A DNA stretch of 64,000 nt. It comes from an uncultured virus (IMG/VR IMGVR_UViG_3300031963_011487) (Duplodnaviria; Heunggongvirae; Uroviricota; Caudoviricetes). The translations under genes and the position numbers were made by a program. Numbering within the stretch: the first letter of the stretch is position 1; each line of letters starts with the position of its first letter. The notes under the pieces are model-generated. The model was not told the origin of the DNA, made no database searches, and saw only the letters and a program-made list of their open reading frames with translations. The stretch is from the IMG/VR virus record IMGVR_UViG_3300031963_011487; one strand, written 5' to 3'. This document shows, in pieces, positions 20,886-28,915 of this stretch.

Positions 20886-22814
20886 ATGGCAACAAGAATT
20901 AAAACCGTAGAATATTGGCTGGGAGGTAGTAACACGACACTGGCATCAAACACTCGTCGTGACTTTACACAAGTGGCAGTTCGTCTACCAGAAACATCAA
21001 AAGTATTCCGTTCGGTACGTCTTATCGTACATGTGATGGATGCGCAGACGACTGCAGCAACCATGACAAACCCAGTACTCGGTATTCAGATTGGGGCAGT
21101 GGCATTCAGTAATGCAACGCTTGGTAACCCACCAGCCAACTCGGGTGAACATGGAGCATATATATTTGAACGAGATGTTACAGCATATTTTACAACAAAC
21201 TTTACGACACAAGTACATAACGTCGGGGCTGGAGTGCAGTTCACCGGTCCAACCACGATTAATCATTCTGCCAAAATTATTATCACATATGAATATGATG
21301 ATGCGTCTACTGAACACGTAAAGACGGTGCGTATTCCCATTGAATCAAATACTGGTGCCTTAACGACCACGTTGGCAAACATTGGTACCACGCAAATTCC
21401 TGCATTGGATACGTTCCTTCCAGAAGCATCTAAAACATATCGTCGTGTATGGATTGAAGCAATCTACAACGACCAAGCCACGGGTGCTACTAACGACCCT
21501 ACGTTAGGTATCAGCGTGGCAGGTGGTGCAGAACAGTTGTCAGGTGCTCACTTTACCGACCTTGCATCTGCTCGTGCAATGGTATACATGTATGACCAAG
21601 GGGCAACGCCAGTTTGGGCGACTAACACGGCACAGAACATTCAAGCTCGTACATCTGCCGTAACGAACGGTGCAGCATTTAATCACATTGCCTTTTTGTT
21701 ATGTGTCACCTATACGTTTGACCCCGCAACAACGACTCGCGTATTGAATTCCGTGGCATTGGTGCTTCCCCCAATCTTCACACCGGGTGGTACTACCGCT
21801 AACGATTCAAACGAACAGACATTTGATTTATGGGTGCAAGAACCTGGAACCATTACATTACGACAATCGGGAGCAGTTATATACTATTCACAGACCGCCG
21901 CAGTTGGTCCTCGTATTGCATTCGGCGCACAAGCAGAACGTTCGTATACGGATACCAACGTGTTAAATTGTGGGGTAACCTTCGTGTGTCAGCGAGTAGA
22001 CAGTGGTGGTGCGCAAGGTGCGGGTATTACGCTTGCGCGAGGAAAGAATACCTTCAATTTCGGTGTATCTATTGGTACACTAGGCACTTCACCTAGTAAC
22101 TTTGGTGGAATGATGTATCTCAATTACGAATCTGACCAATCTGCATTGGGAGTGGGTGCGCACAATCAATCTCTATTGTTCGGTATCCAGAATAGTCAAG
22201 CAGCGGGTAACCAAAGTAACATCACTGCCGCACAATTCATCTTCTTACCATCAACACACTGGTTCCGTTCTAATCTCGGGTTTTTGAGTAATCAAGTTAT
22301 AAATGCTCCGTCAATTACTTTTACGCAGTTTGAATGTGAATCGGCTGTAGGGGAATTGTCGGGAGGTGGCTGGGAAAATCAAGGAGCCATTCCGTTGGTT
22401 GCAGAAACGGAATTGGGTTGGTATCCAGCGTCAACCAATGTCGGATTACAATCCCCGAACGATTGGGACCGATGGACCGATGACCCAGACACGACCAGAA
22501 TGAGTCTTACTGCGTCACGTAGATGGCGTATTATCAATGGAGTGACTTCTACTCTTCCATTGGCAGTGTGGACAACGGTACATAATATCATCTACACCGT
22601 CACCTCAACTATTTCTGGGTCGTCTGGTGGAACGGTTACGGCAAGATTGTGTCGCGTCTCGGATGGAACCTTACTCAAGAGCACAACTCGTGTCGGAAAT
22701 GGTGATGTCACATTTACATGGTATGATAATGTGGACGAAGTGTTTGTTGAGGCCCGTGAAACTGATGCGTTGGTCGGACGGTCGGGTAATGGAACTGCAA
22801 CGGGTAGTCCATAA
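20886..22814 (+). CDS. putative structural protein, unknown function
   Basis: 642-aa ORF with RBS AAGGA, an internal repeat (IKTVEY / VKTVRI), and a position inside the fibre array. Confidence 0.55.
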   Translation: MATRIKTVEYWLGGSNTTLASNTRRDFTQVAVRLPETSKVFRSVRLIVHVMDAQTTAATMTNPVLGIQIGAVAFSNATLGNPPANSGEHGAYIFERDVTAYFTTNFTTQVHNVGAGVQFTGPTTINHSAKIIITYEYDDASTEHVKTVRIPIESNTGALTTTLANIGTTQIPALDTFLPEASKTYRRVWIEAIYNDQATGATNDPTLGISVAGGAEQLSGAHFTDLASARAMVYMYDQGATPVWATNTAQNIQARTSAVTNGAAFNHIAFLLCVTYTFDPATTTRVLNSVALVLPPIFTPGGTTANDSNEQTFDLWVQEPGTITLRQSGAVIYYSQTAAVGPRIAFGAQAERSYTDTNVLNCGVTFVCQRVDSGGAQGAGITLARGKNTFNFGVSIGTLGTSPSNFGGMMYLNYESDQSALGVGAHNQSLLFGIQNSQAAGNQSNITAAQFIFLPSTHWFRSNLGFLSNQVINAPSITFTQFECESAVGELSGGGWENQGAIPLVAETELGWYPASTNVGLQSPNDWDRWTDDPDTTRMSLTASRRWRIINGVTSTLPLAVWTTVHNIIYTVTSTISGSSGGTVTARLCRVSDGTLLKSTTRVGNGDVTFTWYDNVDEVFVEARETDALVGRSGNGTATGSP

Positions 22815-23023
22815 TGGCGTTTGATACAATTGTACTACGAGACGGTGGAGCCGGTACCTTTGACGTTGCACTATCGTCGGCGGCAGGAAACACTGGACAA
22901 ATTAAAGTCTGGACAGGTGCTGCATGGACGGCAAAACCCATGAAAGTGTGGACGGGTGCTGCATGGGTAATAAAACCCGTCAAGTATTGGGATGGAACTC
23001 AGTGGACGGTAACACCGTATTAA
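22814..23023 (+). CDS. small fibre-associated protein with KVWTGAAW repeats
   Basis: Three KxWxGxxW repeats; start overlaps the upstream stop (TAATG). Confidence 0.6.
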   Translation: MAFDTIVLRDGGAGTFDVALSSAAGNTGQIKVWTGAAWTAKPMKVWTGAAWVIKPVKYWDGTQWTVTPY

Positions 23024-23029
23024 ACCCAC

Positions 23030-23058
23030 TTGACAACAAAGTGAATAATATGTATATT
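23030..23058 (+). promoter_or_regulatory. sigma70-like promoter of the glycan cassette
   Basis: TTGACA (23030-35)-N17-TATATT (23053-58), intergenic. Confidence 0.75.
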
Positions 23059-23089
23059 GGTAAGTTAAAGGTTTCCTCACGAGGGTTAT

Positions 23090-24367
23090 ATGGCTCCAAG
23101 AAAAAAGAAAAAAGTTTCTAATCCAACGATTTATATACAAATTGCCGCATACCGAGATCCTGAATTATTAAATACATTACGGGATTGTTTAGCAAATGCT
23201 GATCATCCTGATAGATTACGATTTGGTATTGCCTGGCAACATTCCCCATACGAAGAGTGGGATAACTTAGACGAGTTTAAAGATGATTCTCGTTTTGATA
23301 TTATTGATATTGATTATCGTGATGCGAAGGGTCCGTGTTGGGCGAGACATCAACTAAATAAAGCCTATAATAAAGAAACGTATACAATGCAGTTAGATTC
23401 CCATCACAGGTTTAGTAAGGGATGGGATACTACAGTTATTGAGATGCTGGAAAGTCTTCGTTCAAAAGATTGCCCAAAACCACTATTAAGTTCCTATCTT
23501 CCCAGTTTTGATCCAAAAAACGATCCCGCTGGTAGAATGATGATACCGTGGATTATGGAATTTGACCGGTTTGCTCCTGAAGGGCCCGTACACTTTTTAC
23601 CGCACACCATAGATAATTTTAAAGAACTAGATCGTCCAATGCCGTCACGATTTATTTCGGGTCATTTTATTTTTGCCGATGGGAAATTTTGTAAAGAAGT
23701 GGAATATGACCCCACGTACTATTTTCATGGAGAAGAGATCAATCTGTCTGTACGAGCGTATATGGCGGGGTATGATTTATTTGCTCCACATAGACCAGTT
23801 ATTTGGCATGAATATACACGAGAAGGTAAAAAGAAACATTGGGATGACCATACTGATTGGAAAGAATTAGATACTACATCCCACAAACATAATAGAACTT
23901 TACTAGGTATTGATGTAATCTCACCATCAAATAAATTAGTAAAAAAACAAGTTAGATCATTAGAACAATATGAATTGTATGCGGGATTAAAGTTTAGTAC
24001 ACGACAAGTACATAGAGATACGATTACCAAGAAATTACCTCCCGTGTCAATAGATGAAGTATATCATGCACAGGGATTGGCAAAATACCATAGAATGTGT
24101 ATAGACGTACATAGACCAGAATTTACAGAAAATGATTATAATGTTTGGGTAATTGCATTTGAAAATAAAGAAGGGGTAGAAATTCATAGAGAAGACGCAT
24201 ATGAACAGGAAATTCAGAGAATTTTAAGTGTTCCGTATGAACAAGATAAATTTTCACACATCTGGAGAAATTTTTATCACGACGACCTACCAGCAAAATG
24301 GATAGTATGGCCTCATAGTTTGAGTAAAGGATGGATGACTAGATTATCTGGAGAGTTTAACATATGA
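23090..24367 (+). CDS. GT60-like UDP-GlcNAc:polypeptide N-acetylglucosaminyltransferase (paralog 1)
   Basis: IYIQIAAYRDPEL, GPCWARH, MQLDSHHRF...WD, FHGEEI...R...GYDLFAP, WHEY: motifs of the Skp1 Gnt1 / GlcNAc-transferase family. Confidence 0.8.
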   Translation: MAPRKKKKVSNPTIYIQIAAYRDPELLNTLRDCLANADHPDRLRFGIAWQHSPYEEWDNLDEFKDDSRFDIIDIDYRDAKGPCWARHQLNKAYNKETYTMQLDSHHRFSKGWDTTVIEMLESLRSKDCPKPLLSSYLPSFDPKNDPAGRMMIPWIMEFDRFAPEGPVHFLPHTIDNFKELDRPMPSRFISGHFIFADGKFCKEVEYDPTYYFHGEEINLSVRAYMAGYDLFAPHRPVIWHEYTREGKKKHWDDHTDWKELDTTSHKHNRTLLGIDVISPSNKLVKKQVRSLEQYELYAGLKFSTRQVHRDTITKKLPPVSIDEVYHAQGLAKYHRMCIDVHRPEFTENDYNVWVIAFENKEGVEIHREDAYEQEIQRILSVPYEQDKFSHIWRNFYHDDLPAKWIVWPHSLSKGWMTRLSGEFNI

Positions 24368-25605
24368 AAAAGAATCAAAACATTTTTATTCAAATTGCCG
24401 CATACCGAGATCCAGAATTATTACCAACGATTCGTAGTTGTATTGCAAATGCAAAGAAACCCAAAAATTTACGTTTTTGTATTGCGTGGCAACATGCAAC
24501 CGAGGATGATTGGGATACGTTAGATGAATTTAAAAACGATGCTCGTTTTAAAATTCTTGATATACCTCATTTACAAACTAGAGGAACGTGTTGGGCACGA
24601 TACCAAATTCAAAAGCATTGGACTGATGAAGCTTACACGTTACAGTTAGATTCACATCACCGATTTGCAAAAGATTGGGATGATACACTAATTAAAATGG
24701 TAAAGGATTTACAAAAAGTAGGACACAAAAAGCCATTACTGACTGCATATGTATCAAGTTACGAACCACACAATGATCCTACTGGTAGAGCAACAGATCC
24801 GTGGTTTTTGACATTTGACAGATTTACGCCACAGGGAGCAGTATTTTTTATTCCATCCGTAATTCCAGATTGGCAAAATAGAACACTTCCATATCCGAGT
24901 CGATTCTATTCAGCACACTTTGGATTTACCCTTGGACAATTCTGTAAAGAAGTTCCTCACGATCCCAATTATTTATTTCATGGCGAAGAAATTTCTATTG
25001 CTGCCCGAGCCTATACATGGGGTTATGATTTGTTTTCTCCTCATAAACCAGTAGTATATCATGAATATTCTCGGGAACATCGTCCACGAAAGTCGTGGGA
25101 TGATATAGCAGAATGGGGACGTTGGGATAATGCTTCTTTGGCAAGAAATAGACGATTACTCCGCATTGACGGAGAACATGATCCGGCAGAAGATTTCGGT
25201 GATTTTGGATTTGGAACTATTAGAACGCTTGAAGATTATGAAAATTATGCAGGTATTAAATTTGATACACGATCTGTGCAACAATATACGTTAGATCACA
25301 AAGAACCTCCTAATCCTCCAGGAGAACCATATCTACGTGTATTCAAACATTGTATTGATATACCAATATCATGGGTACCGTACAATGATTATGATGTATG
25401 GGCAGTGGCATTTGAAAATAAAGAAGGGGTAGAAATTCATAGAGAAGATGCCAATGAACAAGAAATTTTGATGATGAAAAACGACTCCGCCGGATATTGT
25501 AAACTCTGGAGAATATTTCACACATTAGACCAGCCAAAACGATGGATTGTGTGGCCACACTCAAGAGAACATGGATGGGGTGAACGGTTGACAGGAGAAC
25601 TATGA
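24364..25605 (+). CDS. GT60-like UDP-GlcNAc:polypeptide N-acetylglucosaminyltransferase (paralog 2)
   Basis: Same motif set (IAAYRDPEL, GTCWAR, LQLDSHHRF, FHGEEI, YHEY); clear paralog of the upstream gene. Confidence 0.8.
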   Translation: MKKNQNIFIQIAAYRDPELLPTIRSCIANAKKPKNLRFCIAWQHATEDDWDTLDEFKNDARFKILDIPHLQTRGTCWARYQIQKHWTDEAYTLQLDSHHRFAKDWDDTLIKMVKDLQKVGHKKPLLTAYVSSYEPHNDPTGRATDPWFLTFDRFTPQGAVFFIPSVIPDWQNRTLPYPSRFYSAHFGFTLGQFCKEVPHDPNYLFHGEEISIAARAYTWGYDLFSPHKPVVYHEYSREHRPRKSWDDIAEWGRWDNASLARNRRLLRIDGEHDPAEDFGDFGFGTIRTLEDYENYAGIKFDTRSVQQYTLDHKEPPNPPGEPYLRVFKHCIDIPISWVPYNDYDVWAVAFENKEGVEIHREDANEQEILMMKNDSAGYCKLWRIFHTLDQPKRWIVWPHSREHGWGERLTGEL

Positions 25606-26525
25606 ACAAAATATTGGTAACTGGGGGGTCGGGTTTAGTGGGTAGAAACTTACAGAAATATTTACCCTCTGCCAACTACATATCGTCTACTCAATTTAAT
25701 TTAACAAATAAAACTGATGTAGAAAGTATGTTTTCTATATACAATCCAACACATGTTATTCACTTAGCGTCCAAGGTTGGTGGGGTAATGGCTAATAGTA
25801 GAGATCCCGTAGGATTTTACGAACAAAACGTCATAATGAATACGTATGTATTGCAATATGCTCATCAATACAATGTGAACCGATTACTAGGGATGATGTC
25901 AACTTGCATATTTCCCGATAAAACAACGTATCCATTACAGCCACATAAAATCCACGATGGAGAACCTCATGATTCAAATTTTGGATATGCTTATGCAAAA
26001 AGAATGTTAGAAGTTCAAACTCGGGCATATCAAACACAATATAATAAAAAATGGACAACCATAATACCTACAAATGTATATGGTAAATATGATCAATTTA
26101 ATTTAGAATCTGCTCACGTAATTCCTGCATTAATTCATAAATGTTATTTGGCAAAAATAAATAATACTCCATTAAATGTGATGGGAAATGGAAAAGTGTA
26201 TCGTGAATTTATTTATGCCGAAGATTTAGCAAAAGTTATTGCATGGGCAATATTTAATTATGAAGATGTAGAACCATTGGTAGTATCATCACCGACTCAG
26301 TACGAAATACGTGATGTGGTACATCTAATTGCAAAGGAAATGAATTTCACGGGAAAGATTGTGTTTGAAGATAGTACACAACATAACGGACAAGAAAGAA
26401 AACCAAGTGATACGAGTAAACTCCAACTAGTATATCCTATAAAATACACAGAGTTACCAATCGGATTATCTCAAACAATTTCTTGGTTTACTCAACATTA
26501 TGAAACGGGAACCATTAGGTTATGA
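25602..26525 (+). CDS. fcl: GDP-L-fucose synthase (extended SDR)
   Basis: VTGGSGLVG, HLASKVGG, STCIFPD, YAYAKR, PTNVYG, HVIPAL, REFIYAEDLA. Confidence 0.88.
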   Translation: MNKILVTGGSGLVGRNLQKYLPSANYISSTQFNLTNKTDVESMFSIYNPTHVIHLASKVGGVMANSRDPVGFYEQNVIMNTYVLQYAHQYNVNRLLGMMSTCIFPDKTTYPLQPHKIHDGEPHDSNFGYAYAKRMLEVQTRAYQTQYNKKWTTIIPTNVYGKYDQFNLESAHVIPALIHKCYLAKINNTPLNVMGNGKVYREFIYAEDLAKVIAWAIFNYEDVEPLVVSSPTQYEIRDVVHLIAKEMNFTGKIVFEDSTQHNGQERKPSDTSKLQLVYPIKYTELPIGLSQTISWFTQHYETGTIRL

Positions 26526-27220
26526 TACATTTCTGCATGGCTTTTTGGACAGATGGCCAAGAAAATAGTAGCAGAGAACGAAATGTACACTTAACGTGGC
26601 CATATTTAAAGGATATGGTACGATATCTAAACAGTAAGTCGGTACCCGCTACTGCCAATATATTTGACTATTCACCAGAAAAAATAATTGACGACGCAAC
26701 ACATATTCCATACCCAATTGGAACATATAAACGATCAGAAAAACTTAACGGAATAATAAATACATTTCCAGAGGAAGATAACATTTGTTTGATGGACTGC
26801 GATGTATTTATACATCGGACACAATGGGATGCGTTAGCCACTCTCGCATCAAACGTAACATATGAAATTGGGTTTTTCTTTAATTTTGCAAAACTTGACG
26901 ATGGAAATATACCATTAGATCAAGTTGATCCGCACGGAACACATCCATTAGTATTTACAAAAGGATGTGTTGGTGGATTCGGTGGATTTCATTTAACATC
27001 AATCAAATCTATAAAAGACATTGGATTTTTTGATGAAAAATTTACTACGTGGGGAGGGGAAGATGGACATTTGATGGATAGATGGAATTATAAATTCATA
27101 CGAACCGGGGTCAGTGAGGATCGTGTGTTGCCATTACATCTACCGCATTTTCAAGACAGAGAAAACATTTTATATTTTAATAGAGAAGAATATGTCAGAA
27201 ACAACAATCTTGCCGTATAG
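26522..27220 (+). CDS. glycosyltransferase, GT2/GT7 (galactosyltransferase C-terminal-like)
   Basis: DxD motif (DCD) and GFFDEKFTTWGGED. Confidence 0.75.
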   Translation: MIHFCMAFWTDGQENSSRERNVHLTWPYLKDMVRYLNSKSVPATANIFDYSPEKIIDDATHIPYPIGTYKRSEKLNGIINTFPEEDNICLMDCDVFIHRTQWDALATLASNVTYEIGFFFNFAKLDDGNIPLDQVDPHGTHPLVFTKGCVGGFGGFHLTSIKSIKDIGFFDEKFTTWGGEDGHLMDRWNYKFIRTGVSEDRVLPLHLPHFQDRENILYFNREEYVRNNNLAV

Positions 27221-27965
27221 TATTGGTATTACAACGTTTTCTAAACGATTTGATATGTTTAAGAAAACATTATTAGCTATTCGTGAATATAGGAAAAATA
27301 TACCTATACTAGTAGCAATAAATGGACTAAATAATACGGAATTTGATGAAACGTATCGTACATCGGTATTGGAATTGATTGGAACTACAAATAATGTATA
27401 TCCTATATTTTTCCCATCATTTCGTGGATACGCTAAATTAGTCAATACGTTGGTAATTCATTCACCCACTAATTTATTATTATGTTTAAACGATGATGTT
27501 GATATTTTAAATGAAAGTTTTTTTGATACGTTTGAGTCTATAAATTCGTCCATCACACGAATGTGTAAATTCAATGGTTCATTTAGTCATGCATGTTATA
27601 CAAAGGACGGAATGATTGATATAGGATGGTTGGATGAACGATTGCTGGGTATTGGAGAAGAAGACGGGGACATAACGTATAGGTACATCGACAAATATAA
27701 TGAAGCATTCCCAGAGTATTATTTACCAGGAATTCATAATATTGTATCCGACGTTCGTGATGATAATATAACACCTGGCGTTGGAAAATATTCAAGATTT
27801 AATAGAGAATTTATTGGATTTTGGAATCATGGAACTGGAAAATATATACAAACTGAATCTTCTACTATTGTTGGTATGTTTGGACAACCTTATACCAAAG
27901 TAATGGAAGATTTGCCGCAGTATCCGTACGAACATTTTTATTTAATAAACAGAGATAAATTATGA
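27192..27965 (+). CDS. glycosyltransferase family 2-like
   Basis: SIGITTF, LNDDV, GWLDERLLGIGEEDGD. ATG 27192 preferred to the track start at 27114. Confidence 0.7.
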   Translation: MSETTILPYSIGITTFSKRFDMFKKTLLAIREYRKNIPILVAINGLNNTEFDETYRTSVLELIGTTNNVYPIFFPSFRGYAKLVNTLVIHSPTNLLLCLNDDVDILNESFFDTFESINSSITRMCKFNGSFSHACYTKDGMIDIGWLDERLLGIGEEDGDITYRYIDKYNEAFPEYYLPGIHNIVSDVRDDNITPGVGKYSRFNREFIGFWNHGTGKYIQTESSTIVGMFGQPYTKVMEDLPQYPYEHFYLINRDKL

Positions 27966-28885
27966 AAACTAAAATTAGAATTTTTTGCTGGTGGACACAC
28001 GATCAACCTTCTGTTAGTATTATTGGACGAGTATTAGCACAATTAAAATTAAATGAGTACCATTTTGAAAATTTTGAATTTGTTACCGACGATTCTTATG
28101 AATGGGCAATAGTATTCGGTAGGTTGGGTGACAACGTACTTAAAACCGATAAACAACACACCATATTTTTTGGAATGGAACCGTCGTGGTCACATAATAT
28201 AGATCGCAATGCGGTTGATTATTCTGATTGGGTATTCGTTCAAAACCGTAATATTTTTGATCATGATAATGAGAAAGTAATTGAAGGTCCAAATTATATG
28301 CTGTATGGTGGCGGTGGTGATTCTGAGTGGGGACTTGAACACATAAATCAGTGGGACTTGTCCAAAACAGAAAATATTAGTATGGTGGTATCAAACTCCC
28401 CGGATAATATGTGGTGGGTTCCTTCTGACGCACCTCACATTTATCGTAAACGTATGAACGTGGCAAATCTAATTATAGACAATGATTTACCGGTTGATGT
28501 ATACGGTAAACAATGGACCGCCACCGGTAGATGTAAAGGGGAAGCATGGAATAAATACATTGCACTTAAATCATATCGGTTTTCTATAGGAATAGAAAAT
28601 ACAGCGGAACCATTTTATACCACAGAAAAATTTACAGATAATTTGTTAACTAACACAATTCCGATCTATTATGGAAGTACGAATATTGCGGAATATTATG
28701 ATTCCCGAGGATATATACAGATGCCAGACTTGGATGACTTGGATGCCGTGCGTTCTCTTATATTAGACATAAATAACAACGCAGAAAAATTGTATGACGA
28801 AATGTTCCCGTACATGCTAGAAAATAAAAATATATTTTTGGAAAAATACAACATACTAAATAAAATTCAAGAAGTTATAAAATAA
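27962..28885 (+). CDS. GT10 alpha-1,3/4-fucosyltransferase-like
   Basis: MEP motif and YRFSIGIENT...YTTEKF.D...TIPIYYG, the GT10 signature. Confidence 0.85.
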   Translation: MKTKIRIFCWWTHDQPSVSIIGRVLAQLKLNEYHFENFEFVTDDSYEWAIVFGRLGDNVLKTDKQHTIFFGMEPSWSHNIDRNAVDYSDWVFVQNRNIFDHDNEKVIEGPNYMLYGGGGDSEWGLEHINQWDLSKTENISMVVSNSPDNMWWVPSDAPHIYRKRMNVANLIIDNDLPVDVYGKQWTATGRCKGEAWNKYIALKSYRFSIGIENTAEPFYTTEKFTDNLLTNTIPIYYGSTNIAEYYDSRGYIQMPDLDDLDAVRSLILDINNNAEKLYDEMFPYMLENKNIFLEKYNILNKIQEVIK

Positions 28886-28915
28886 GTTATCTTACAAACA
28901 CACCACGGGATTCAG

